From: a virus
Length of the DNA: 64,000 bases
IMG/VR virus record: IMGVR_UViG_3300028883_000007
Coordinates: 1 to 64,000 of that record
Reading direction: 5' to 3' (one strand)
Positions within the stretch are counted from its first letter, which is position 1; each line of letters begins with the position of its first letter. The translations under genes and the position numbers were made by a program. The notes beneath the pieces are model-generated. The model was not told the origin of the DNA, searched no databases, and saw only the letters and a list, made by a program, of their open reading frames with translations. Below, in pieces: positions 17,051-25,196 of this stretch.

Positions 17051-17674
17051 CTAATCGCCAATACATAATATTTCCTCAATGGTTGTTTGTTTAAATTGGG
17101 TAATGGCGCTCCCGGGAGTAGCATTTAAAATCTCCAGTCCCAGCTTTTGGGCATCAGCAGCGATGGCGGGAATATGTTTCAAATATTTTTGGTGAATGTC
17201 TTTAGGAGTATTCTCCCATCCAACATATTCTCGGTGAAAATTCTTTTCACCATTTACAGGCCGCATATCAAAGCCAACAAGGACAATCCTCTTAGCGCCA
17301 AAATGATAAGCAAGGTTAATGGCGGACAGGCCAGAATTTCCGTTCCAAGAGATATATCCCGGAGTATCTTCGATTCCGGAGGGCCGGAGACGGTTAATTT
17401 TTTTTGCCCACCCGGAAGCGTCATAAAGTTTACGATGGCACGAGGTAATAACCAGCCCACCAAATGTTCTCTTTACTTGCTCTTTGTAGCGAGCTCCCCA
17501 TTTAAAATCCCCAAAATACAATACATCAATTCCAGGCCATAAAAAACCAGCATTATTGACTGCAATACATCTCTGGTCTTTCAACAGGGAGAAATCAACA
17601 TTGTTGATGGAAGGACCGCCCCCGAGGATAAAGGCGGTCCTGTTGGGCCATATTTGGGGAGGTATCCAGACCAT
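17051..17674 (-). CDS. Putative glycosyl/sugar transferase (DUF115/MptE-like, sialyltransferase-like GGGPS motif)
   Basis: AFILGGGPSINNVDF...NSGLSAINLAYHFGAKRIVLVGFDM resembles the Rossmann-like core of the DUF115/Maf and CST families. The assignment is tentative. Confidence 0.35.
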   Translation of the reverse strand: MVWIPPQIWPNRTAFILGGGPSINNVDFSLLKDQRCIAVNNAGFLWPGIDVLYFGDFKWGARYKEQVKRTFGGLVITSCHRKLYDASGWAKKINRLRPSGIEDTPGYISWNGNSGLSAINLAYHFGAKRIVLVGFDMRPVNGEKNFHREYVGWENTPKDIHQKYLKHIPAIAADAQKLGLEILNATPGSAITQFKQTTIEEILCIGD

Positions 17675-17677
17675 TGA

Positions 17678-18103
17678 TTACTCCTTCTCCTCGATAAGGT
17701 CTTTGGCCTGCTCTTTGGTAAGAAACCCATCATGAATGGGTTTGTCGGTAAGCACATTGAAAACCTGATAACGACCACCACCGCGATGCTCCATTTTCAA
17801 TTCCAGCTCTTCCGGAATTTCGTCCGGAACATTATCTTCATCCGGAGCATTGTCTTCATCCGGTTTTACTCTTCGCTGTCTCCCGGTCTTTCCTTCGGTT
17901 TCCGGTTTGCTTTTAACGGGAGGAGTGCGCCGCCGAGCCGGGACTTCTTCAAACTTATCCTGTGCTCCGCCGAATTCCTCTGCGCTATAGGCATACGCAA
18001 AATCTCCAGGAAACAACCGTTCGGTTTTGCCCGTTTCAGGGTTGCGATAATAATGCGAACCATACCCTTTTTTGAGACAAAATTTTTTCAATTTCATTGA
18101 CAT
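17678..18103 (-). CDS. Hypothetical protein with a charged, low-complexity centre
   Basis: 141-aa ORF with an RBS (AAGGAGG), directly downstream of the capsid-gene hairpin. No recognisable motif. Confidence 0.5.
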   Translation of the reverse strand: MSMKLKKFCLKKGYGSHYYRNPETGKTERLFPGDFAYAYSAEEFGGAQDKFEEVPARRRTPPVKSKPETEGKTGRQRRVKPDEDNAPDEDNVPDEIPEELELKMEHRGGGRYQVFNVLTDKPIHDGFLTKEQAKDLIEEKE

Positions 18104-18140
18104 AACTTTTCCTCCTTACCATTGGTTGGGATGAGTTAAG

Positions 18141-18175
18141 TAATAGGGGTAGAGCGGAATACTCTACCCCTATTA
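18141..18175 (-). terminator. Strong 14-bp hairpin just after the major capsid gene (attenuating terminator or RNA-stabilising element)
   Basis: TAATAGGGGTAGAG cggaata CTCTACCCCTATTA lies about 20 nt downstream of the capsid stop codon. No clear U-tract follows. Confidence 0.45.
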
Positions 18176-18194
18176 AGCTTTATGCTTCACTGAA

Positions 18195-19238
18195 TTAACT
18201 CCAGTGCTGAATGCCAGAACGGCCTTCAGAATCAGCGCGAACCTGCGGAACACTGATGGTCATAACCTTATACTCCTTGGTCAGACCCCCATCATTGCTC
18301 CACTCGACGACGGTGATACCCATACCCTGAACCAGCCGCACAGTTTCCGTATTCATCTGAACGAGAACCACATTTGCGGCGGTCATCTGATCGGAGACCT
18401 TGATATCACTGATGCCTTCAATTTCCAGGAGGCGCTGACGGAGACTTTTGGGATAACTGGAGTTGTAATCCTCATCCAACTGGGTCTCATAGGCCGTGGG
18501 GATGTAGAGAACATACGGACCGTAACAACGATCCGCGATCGCAGCCTGTTTCATAGCAACAACCTGCGCAAGGATGGTAGCACCAGTGGAAGCAGAGGCG
18601 GTCCATGCGGTAAGACTCCCCGTATTTCGGTTGGGAGCATCCAGGTATCCATAAATGGTCCCTCCGCCGAAGGTATAGGTGCCAGAACCATTGAAGAGCA
18701 TTTGCTCCACTTTGTCGGCGCATTTGCGAGCACACATTTCGATCATCGTGGTATCCAACGGCTGGCCATGTTTACGACTGGCGGTCAGCTGGCGGATATC
18801 AAAGGAGAACTCCTTGTGAACGATGGGCAGGGGGAGATAAGCGATGTCGAATTCAGGGCGGTCTTTCCGGCCCTTACTGGCGGCATTCATGCTCATTGTT
18901 GCACCCTGTACATCCTTCATTTTCTGGTACTCCAGAACAGTCGTTCCCAGTCCGTCGCCAATGTTATACACCAACCCCCGGGAGATAAGGTCAGCGACTC
19001 CAATCAACCGACTTTTGAAAGCCTGGATAACGGCTGTATCGATAACTTTCCACTCATCCTTGCGGAGAGTAGCATTGGCAACAGGGACCGCCTTCAGCTC
19101 ATTGCCAATCATTTTGGAGACATACGGTTTCCCGTCGTTTCCAATAAAGGGCCGCAGAGCCAAGGGAGACATATTGTTCGCCATCAGCTTTTCGGCCACG
19201 CTTCCATGGGCCTGTCCATTTACAAAAAAGTCTTCCAT
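18195..19238 (-). CDS. Major capsid protein (HK97 fold; DUF2184/encapsulin-like sequence pattern)
   Basis: 347 aa. LRKDEWKVIDTAVIQAFKSRLIGVADLI...LGTTVLEYQKM.D...A.MSM......DRPEFD..YLPLPI.HKEF.F..R.L resembles the encapsulin/linocin-like capsid family. It follows the scaffold and decoration genes. Confidence 0.8.
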   Translation of the reverse strand: MEDFFVNGQAHGSVAEKLMANNMSPLALRPFIGNDGKPYVSKMIGNELKAVPVANATLRKDEWKVIDTAVIQAFKSRLIGVADLISRGLVYNIGDGLGTTVLEYQKMKDVQGATMSMNAASKGRKDRPEFDIAYLPLPIVHKEFSFDIRQLTASRKHGQPLDTTMIEMCARKCADKVEQMLFNGSGTYTFGGGTIYGYLDAPNRNTGSLTAWTASASTGATILAQVVAMKQAAIADRCYGPYVLYIPTAYETQLDEDYNSSYPKSLRQRLLEIEGISDIKVSDQMTAANVVLVQMNTETVRLVQGMGITVVEWSNDGGLTKEYKVMTISVPQVRADSEGRSGIQHWS

Positions 19239-19298
19239 GATATTTCCTCCGTTAAAAATTTATTTCAAAAAATTTTAGCACTCCAAAAAAAGGAGAAC

Positions 19299-19766
19299 TT
19301 ACAGAATTTCGACGATACAACGACCGGACGGGTCAACTGCACTGGAACCGGACATATCGCAGGCTTCGCGAGCTCTGGCGATAACATGGGTCTCCGTGAT
19401 GATACCACTGGAATCCGGAACCGCTTCAGACAAGGTGCCATCTCCATTGGAGGACAGGTCATCCGCCTTGGCAATTGCTTGACCATTGGCAATCCAGGCC
19501 AGAACTTCGTCTCCAGACCGGAAGATGCCAAACTGGACAAGATCTCCGCTGGCATAATTGTCATCGATGCCATCGCCCTGAAGGTCATCCTCCAGAGCAA
19601 ACATCATCAGGGCTTTGCCTCCCTTGGTGGCATGGGCTTTCACCGTATCGGTGGCCGCACTCGTGCGTTCCAGGAGATATCCGGGTTTTACTACTCCGGA
19701 AGCCAGTGCTTCTCCCTTTACAGGGGTTCCTTTGATGGTAATCGTATCTCTGTCATTTTCAGCCAT
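19299..19766 (-). CDS. Head decoration / capsid cement protein (DUF2190-like)
   Basis: 155 aa, Gly/Asp-rich and beta-rich in pattern. It lies immediately upstream of the capsid gene, the usual DUF2213-DUF2190-capsid arrangement. Confidence 0.55.
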   Translation of the reverse strand: MAENDRDTITIKGTPVKGEALASGVVKPGYLLERTSAATDTVKAHATKGGKALMMFALEDDLQGDGIDDNYASGDLVQFGIFRSGDEVLAWIANGQAIAKADDLSSNGDGTLSEAVPDSSGIITETHVIARAREACDMSGSSAVDPSGRCIVEIL

Positions 19767-19787
19767 TTTATTTTCCTCCAGCTATAA

Positions 19788-19836
19788 GGGTATTAAAAAA
19801 ATTTATCCGTTTAAATTCGGGCCAATCATTTGGCCC
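19788..19836 (-). promoter_or_regulatory. Copy A of the bipartite motif (hairpin GGGCCAA-N4-TTGGCCC, CGAATTTAAACG, N12, TAATACCC)
   Basis: The minus-sense sequence is GGGCCAAATGATTGGCCCGAATTTAAACGGATAAATTTTTTTAATACCC, ending 21 nt before the ATG of the decoration gene. Confidence 0.45.
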
Positions 19837-19854
19837 AATGGTAATGAATTGGAA

Positions 19855-21276
19855 TTAGTCGAACTGTAAAACCGGGGCAGGCATGGCTTCTTCTACTACT
19901 TCCCCTGCTCCCCCGGTATTCGCGGCGAAATTGGCCTTGGTCCCCTCCGGCTTGACATTGGCAAGTTTGGCCAGTTTTTCCAACTGCTCCATGCCCATCC
20001 CTTTGAGCTCGTCCTCCGTAAAAGCATTGGCTTCATTGGCCATAAGGCCAGCAACCAGTTCACTCTTCCGGGCATTGTGTAGGCGGATACTTTCCTGAAG
20101 AACATTCTGAATATCTGCCGGAGCTTCAGCAATAAACTCTTCAGTGGTCTTGGCCTTGGAGGGTTCTTTGTTCTCCACCTTTTTCTCCGTTTTGGGCGGA
20201 ACCGGGAGAGCAGAAAGTTCAACCCTTTCATATGCCTCCTCGTCCAGGTTGTTCAGCCATTCGGAATCGGCTTCGGTGAACTTGGTCCTTTCATTTTCAA
20301 TAAGCGCCTTTACTCTTTTTTCACAGCATCCCATTTTGTTTTCTCCTTTGTTATCGTTTGTATTTTGCAAATCTCTGTCTACTTTTTTGTTTACCACAGG
20401 TTTATACTGCTTTTCAAGGAAAACTTCTACCGCCTCCCCTTTAAATTCTACCCTGCCGTTTTCGATTGGTTTATACTCTTGTTTATACAGTTTGGAAGGC
20501 TGATTCCTCACCGCCTCATTATCCCAGTTCGGCTCTGCCCGGTAAATAAAATAAGAGTCAAAAACATCTTGCACATAATGGAGATATTGGTTGTTATCCA
20601 ATTCATCCACTTTGCGCTGGAGTAAATACCGAGTGTCGTTATGGGAGGTTTCATTTTTCACCAACCCCCATTTTGCCAAAAAGTTCCTGACCTTTTTTGT
20701 CAACGTCTCCTTTTCCTCCTTTTTTTGATTTCGAATGCCACAGCCATCCTCCCAGCTACAGGCCCCCGTCGCCCCCGGTAAAAGGGCCAAATGGTCAGGA
20801 TCAATTGTTTGGACAGCCGCCTGATACTCCTCGTCGTTCCAGACTCCTTCTATTTCCTGTATACTCCCGCCAAGCCCCGTTGATACCTGAAGAACACTAT
20901 GGTTTCGGATTGTCGGTATCACGGCTTGGTTTATTGTATTGGTCCTGTCAATGTCAAGCCATGCCTCCGCCTTAAGGCTTTCTTCCTCCCAGCGAGAATT
21001 CCTTATATGGCCAGCAATAAATCGATCTCCACCTTCCTCATTAACAGAAATTAACTCCCCGTTATTCTCCGGATGCGGGATAGTGACTGGAACATTATTC
21101 CAAGCTTCTACATTTTGGTTAATAACATCCGGAGGATAATAAATGGGACCGGCCGACCCAGAATGTACTCCCTCCTTCAGCATGACAACAGGGGCCACCA
21201 AATAACTCCTCCCCTCCAGGGTCACTTCATGAGTTTGATAATTGTCAAGTACATTGTTTGCAAGATTAATATCCAT
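19855..21276 (-). CDS. Capsid scaffolding / maturation protein (DUF2213-like N-terminal domain plus charged coiled-coil C-terminus)
   Basis: The N-terminus is GRSYLVAPVVMLKEGVHSGSAGPIYYPPDV....WNNVPVTIPHP. The long KE-rich C-terminal half is typical of scaffolds. Position is between the MuF and capsid genes. Confidence 0.6.
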   Translation of the reverse strand: MDINLANNVLDNYQTHEVTLEGRSYLVAPVVMLKEGVHSGSAGPIYYPPDVINQNVEAWNNVPVTIPHPENNGELISVNEEGGDRFIAGHIRNSRWEEESLKAEAWLDIDRTNTINQAVIPTIRNHSVLQVSTGLGGSIQEIEGVWNDEEYQAAVQTIDPDHLALLPGATGACSWEDGCGIRNQKKEEKETLTKKVRNFLAKWGLVKNETSHNDTRYLLQRKVDELDNNQYLHYVQDVFDSYFIYRAEPNWDNEAVRNQPSKLYKQEYKPIENGRVEFKGEAVEVFLEKQYKPVVNKKVDRDLQNTNDNKGENKMGCCEKRVKALIENERTKFTEADSEWLNNLDEEAYERVELSALPVPPKTEKKVENKEPSKAKTTEEFIAEAPADIQNVLQESIRLHNARKSELVAGLMANEANAFTEDELKGMGMEQLEKLAKLANVKPEGTKANFAANTGGAGEVVEEAMPAPVLQFD

Positions 21277-21396
21277 TTTCTCATTCCTCCGTTTCTACTT
21301 CGGTAACTGGCTGGACAATGCCCTCTTCATCAACAAAGCTAATTGACTCCAGCCAAGCATTAAAATCCTCTTCACTCTCTTTATCAATTTTATATA

Positions 21397-23298
21397 TCAA
21401 GGTAGTCCCCCTATAAAATCCCAAACTACAGGATCAATATAACTATTTTTAGCCATTACCGGAGTATTGTGAAGGAACTTGCTGGCCTTAATAGAAACGT
21501 CCCTCACAATTTTCTTTTTCTTTGCCTCCGTTAATGTTTTCCCCCCGTACTTTTTCAATTCGTTATAAGCAATCCTTGTTCCATGATATGTACGATAATC
21601 TTTTAAGGAGTACTTTTTACCATTGGCCAACTCTTTAATATAATCATTTAACTTAGAAGCTGGGATATCCGGAAAAAGATCATCGTTTGGTTTTAACCCT
21701 TTTTTTCTCCCCTCTATCCACTCCGCCAAAACATCATCGCGCAAAGTATAACGAGCCGGAAGCCCTTCTTTAGCGGTAAAACTTAGAGTAATTTTATCTC
21801 CGTCAATTTTGGCATGCTTACTTTTAAGGGTTGTAAGGCCATATGCTTTTTTCTTGGCCTTAAAGTCTGTGCGTGAACCTGCCCGAATTGCTGTTTTATC
21901 TTCAAGCTTTAGAAGTAATGCCCTTTGGTCTCCGGCCGAAATCCCATCCTCCATTTTCTTCCGTATAGTAGGCATATCCCGGGAGAAATCTTTTACTCTA
22001 TCAAATTTTTTGCGAGCAGCGGCTTGAATATGTTTTTGGGAATACCTGTACTGCCACCGACCAGCCGCATCCTGACCAATTGCCTGAACCTTTAATTCGG
22101 GGTTAACTGCTACAACAACATTTCTCCATGCGGGAGGGATGCGCATTTTTTTCAATTTCTCTACTACTTCTTCTGCAACCGCCTCTCCGTTTAAATACCA
22201 GTTACCATCTGAGCCCCTTGTATAATCCCTACACGCATCCGGAGTGTCAACTGTTTTATTAAAAAAATTGCCGATGGAACGGAGTATACAATGGCCAAAT
22301 CTACCAATTGAACTCATAGGCTGGGGTTTGCCAGCATCAGGAGGAGAAACAAAACGAGTTCCTACACTTGCCTCTTCTTCGCCCCAACTATCCAACCAAG
22401 GCCGGAGAGCACAACGACAATTAGGCTCACCAATTAATTCATTTCCCTCCTTGCGAGTATATACTTTGCCATGACGAGCAGCATGGGTACTCCTTACTCT
22501 TTCATCTAATGCCGTCCACCATTTGACTTTAACATCTTCTCCAACAATCCCCTCCAGGGCCTCCATTTCATTAAGGGCCGCAGAGTTATGAGTGTAGACA
22601 ATCTCCGTTCGGGCTATTAACCTTGCCCGAACTATCCCAACCTTATCTACTCTATCATTAAGCTTTTGGGCTATTCTGTAGGGTCCGTCTCCCCTTGCCA
22701 TGCCATTGGCCAATTCCCGGGAAATTTGGGAGTTCATTGCTTCTGTTACTCCCTTAAGCTCGTTGAAAGCCCTTGTATATATAAGGGCCACCCTATCAGC
22801 ATGAAAAGGCTGGTAAAAAGCCGCTCCCAAAGTTTCATCCGTATAAGCTGGTATTACATCTACTCCACCAGCAATCAGATCTTGTCTGGCTTCGGCCAAA
22901 CCCTTTTGATAGGCGGACTGTATATAAACGTTTGTCCAGGGAGTATCTCTCCGGTCCAATATTGACGGGCCACGAGTGATCTCCAGGATACCTTTTTCTT
23001 CTTCTCCCTGAAGCCACTCCATAAACCCAGCAATTTTTTCATCATCTTTAGAATACCGAAAAGCTCTCCTTGGGACCGGGTCCAGGTTCTCCGCCAGTGT
23101 TACAACCTCCCGAGGCTTCAGGTCAAAGCAATCATTGTCTATAATAGACTTGCGGATTACTCCCTTTAAAGCCCGAAAACGCTTGTTCATCTGGGAGCAA
23201 AACTGATTCCGCAGAGTCAACGTCATTGTCGGGTCTTTATCTCTCCGGGAGATATTTGCAACTTGAACTCTCGCTATATGTTGGGAAAGTGTAGTCAT
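21397..23298 (-). CDS. MuF/SPP1 gp7-family head morphogenesis protein fused to a type IB DNA topoisomerase domain
   Basis: MuF part: ARLIARTEIVYTHNSAALNE...WWTALDERVRSTHAARHGKVY...GEPNCRCALRPW. TopIB part (about 21400-22266): IPPAWRNVVV...GQDAAGRWQYRYS, AIRAGS...YGLTTLKSKH, SFTAKEG, KDYRTYHGTRIA, LHNTPVMAKNSYIDP. Confidence 0.85.
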   Translation of the reverse strand: MTTLSQHIARVQVANISRRDKDPTMTLTLRNQFCSQMNKRFRALKGVIRKSIIDNDCFDLKPREVVTLAENLDPVPRRAFRYSKDDEKIAGFMEWLQGEEEKGILEITRGPSILDRRDTPWTNVYIQSAYQKGLAEARQDLIAGGVDVIPAYTDETLGAAFYQPFHADRVALIYTRAFNELKGVTEAMNSQISRELANGMARGDGPYRIAQKLNDRVDKVGIVRARLIARTEIVYTHNSAALNEMEALEGIVGEDVKVKWWTALDERVRSTHAARHGKVYTRKEGNELIGEPNCRCALRPWLDSWGEEEASVGTRFVSPPDAGKPQPMSSIGRFGHCILRSIGNFFNKTVDTPDACRDYTRGSDGNWYLNGEAVAEEVVEKLKKMRIPPAWRNVVVAVNPELKVQAIGQDAAGRWQYRYSQKHIQAAARKKFDRVKDFSRDMPTIRKKMEDGISAGDQRALLLKLEDKTAIRAGSRTDFKAKKKAYGLTTLKSKHAKIDGDKITLSFTAKEGLPARYTLRDDVLAEWIEGRKKGLKPNDDLFPDIPASKLNDYIKELANGKKYSLKDYRTYHGTRIAYNELKKYGGKTLTEAKKKKIVRDVSIKASKFLHNTPVMAKNSYIDPVVWDFIGGLP

Positions 23299-23299
23299 A

Positions 23300-23488
23300 T
23301 TATTTTATCCAGTACAACAAACCAAAATATATGGCCCAAATAAAACCAATTGGGAGCAACCAAAATAACCGAAAGAGTGGAGTAATGTCAAAATAGCCAA
23401 TTGCTCTATATGGCCGAAAGGTAAGCCACAAACACAATAGAGTAAATAAGCTGGGGAATACCCAAAATCCAATTGTAACTTGCATCAC
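23300..23488 (-). CDS. Small two-TM membrane protein
   Basis: 62 aa with two hydrophobic spans. It is tightly packed between the portal and MuF genes (4-nt overlap upstream, 1-nt gap downstream). Confidence 0.5.
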   Translation of the reverse strand: MMQVTIGFWVFPSLFTLLCLWLTFRPYRAIGYFDITPLFRLFWLLPIGFIWAIYFGLLYWIK

Positions 23489-24939
23489 TCTTCTCCTTCA
23501 TCTGGTTCGGGTTCATTATTTTGCCCACCTACTCCACCAGACGCCTCAATTTCTTTGCGCTCTTCCTCCACTTCCTTTTCGTACACCTCTAAAGACTTTT
23601 CCAAAGCATCCAAATCCTCTTGGCTCATCGACATAATTTGGCGGAGAAAAATGTCAGGCGGCATGACAAGGGTTGCAGACGGGCTATTGGAATATGCCAC
23701 CAGCGCATCTGTTTTTGTCTTAGAGATATCCATTTTCTCTTTTTCCGAAGGAGCAGAAAGTTCAGGCCATTTAACGGTGTACCCTTCCTTGGGTTCTGGC
23801 AGTACCCCATACTCTATCATTTTGTCAATGAAGGGCCGGAGTATCATTGGCTCCACATAATCGGTTCTCCGCTCGTCCACCTTCTCGTTCCAGTTCCTTT
23901 GATCTTGGGAACTGGCAAGTTCTCCCCTCTCCGACCCAAGGAGGATTCTTTTGGGGATTCCCGTCGTGGCCGAAATAAGGGTCACAAGGATATCAAAATG
24001 ATTGCTGGGGTCTGCAACTTGTGGGGCCAATTGCTCCACATCTACTCCCTGAAGACGCAAGTGGCGCTGAAGCTTGTGCATGTAGCTCTTGATCTGGGTC
24101 TGCATGTCCGCAATGGTTTGGCCATCTATTCTTGCATCCTTATCCATTTTGAAGTTCAAACCCGGAAACGCTCCCCTCCAGAACATCTCCGCCGAACCAC
24201 CAACAACCAACTGCAAAGAATCAAGGAGGTTTAAAACGGACTTGAGTTTAGGTTCCGCATTCTCATCGTCCTCCAGGAGATCTTCCGCCAAATGCAAAAC
24301 CCTTGTATGGTGTACAATAAGCGCCTTAGTACTTGTCGCCCCACTGGTGCTTAATGAATTGGCAGAGGTAGAAACCGCTTTAATCTTATACTCCTCCGGC
24401 AAACCATACCGTTCATCAAAAACATCCGAAACTCTTTTATTTACTTCGGCGTTACACTGCATATAAGGCCGGAGATAAAGAAGTTTACGATTCCCGGGGG
24501 ATACTGGGTTTTTAAATTCTCTCTCCTCCTTCACATCGTCAAACCCCATAAAAAGGACACCATACTTACCAATCCCTGTCAGTCGGTCCGCCCTGCGGAG
24601 ATAATGAAAAATTTTCTTCTCTTTAAGCAGCTCTGTCCATGCAGTTTCAAAGGCAGTAGAATCAGCATCCTCCGTTTCAATAATATCAGGGGACTTCCGC
24701 CAGCAAGCATCCACAGGACGGTCAATAATAGCCTTGGAGATATCCTGACGAGTATACTTCGCCAAGTAATCATCAAAAGTTGGCTTAGCGTTCCACCCCA
24801 AGGCCTTATAAATATCTCTATCGTCTTGGTACATTTTACCCAAACGAGCAATCAGGTCAGCTCTAGAAGTGAGCTCGTTCACCATATTGGCCAATTGTTT
24901 ATACTCTTCAGATTGCTCCATTTGCCTTTTTCTCCTCAA
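23485..24939 (-). CDS. Portal protein (DUF1073-type)
   Basis: 484 aa. DYLAKYTRQDISKAIIDRPVDACWRK.P.I......AFE.AW..L.....IFHYLRRADRLTGIGKYGVLFMGFDD fits DUF1073 portals. The C-terminus is acidic, and the gene lies downstream of terL. Confidence 0.8.
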   Translation of the reverse strand: MRRKRQMEQSEEYKQLANMVNELTSRADLIARLGKMYQDDRDIYKALGWNAKPTFDDYLAKYTRQDISKAIIDRPVDACWRKSPDIIETEDADSTAFETAWTELLKEKKIFHYLRRADRLTGIGKYGVLFMGFDDVKEEREFKNPVSPGNRKLLYLRPYMQCNAEVNKRVSDVFDERYGLPEEYKIKAVSTSANSLSTSGATSTKALIVHHTRVLHLAEDLLEDDENAEPKLKSVLNLLDSLQLVVGGSAEMFWRGAFPGLNFKMDKDARIDGQTIADMQTQIKSYMHKLQRHLRLQGVDVEQLAPQVADPSNHFDILVTLISATTGIPKRILLGSERGELASSQDQRNWNEKVDERRTDYVEPMILRPFIDKMIEYGVLPEPKEGYTVKWPELSAPSEKEKMDISKTKTDALVAYSNSPSATLVMPPDIFLRQIMSMSQEDLDALEKSLEVYEKEVEEERKEIEASGGVGGQNNEPEPDEGEE

Positions 24940-25195
24940 TGGCTTTTATTACCTTTTCCACTTTTAAAATATCCTCCGGGACGTCAACGCTTATATGACC
25001 CGTGATGGTTTGCTCTGCCACTTCCTGCTTTATTGTGGTTGGGGGCATTTTTATCCCTAATACTCCGTAATACAAACGCCGGACGTCCTCGACATCCAAC
25101 GGAAAGCCCCTTATGTATACCCTGCCTTGGTCCCGGTTTATCTTGGCCATAATGGGCAAGAGGTTAAGTTGAACGTACTCCATGTCTACTGCCAT
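24908..25195 (-). CDS. Hypothetical protein between terminase and portal
   Basis: The start is set at the internal ATG (25195), 1 nt after the terL stop. The ORF-track start would overlap terL by 62 nt. Confidence 0.45.
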   Translation of the reverse strand: MAVDMEYVQLNLLPIMAKINRDQGRVYIRGFPLDVEDVRRLYYGVLGIKMPPTTIKQEVAEQTITGHISVDVPEDILKVEKVIKAIEEKKANGAI

Positions 25196-25196
25196 G

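Noticed and set aside
18204-19787. 527-aa ORF on the plus strand spanning the capsid and decoration genes.
   Set aside because: It is exactly antisense to two well-supported, motif-bearing structural genes. It has no RBS and a low-complexity, Gly/Arg/Ser-rich translation. Long antisense ORFs are expected opposite GC-richer, strongly codon-biased genes.
21284-21400. A 38-aa acidic micro-ORF filling the gap between the MuF-TopIB gene and the scaffold gene.
   Set aside because: It would need a TTG start overlapping the upstream stop and has no RBS. I cannot support it from sequence alone.
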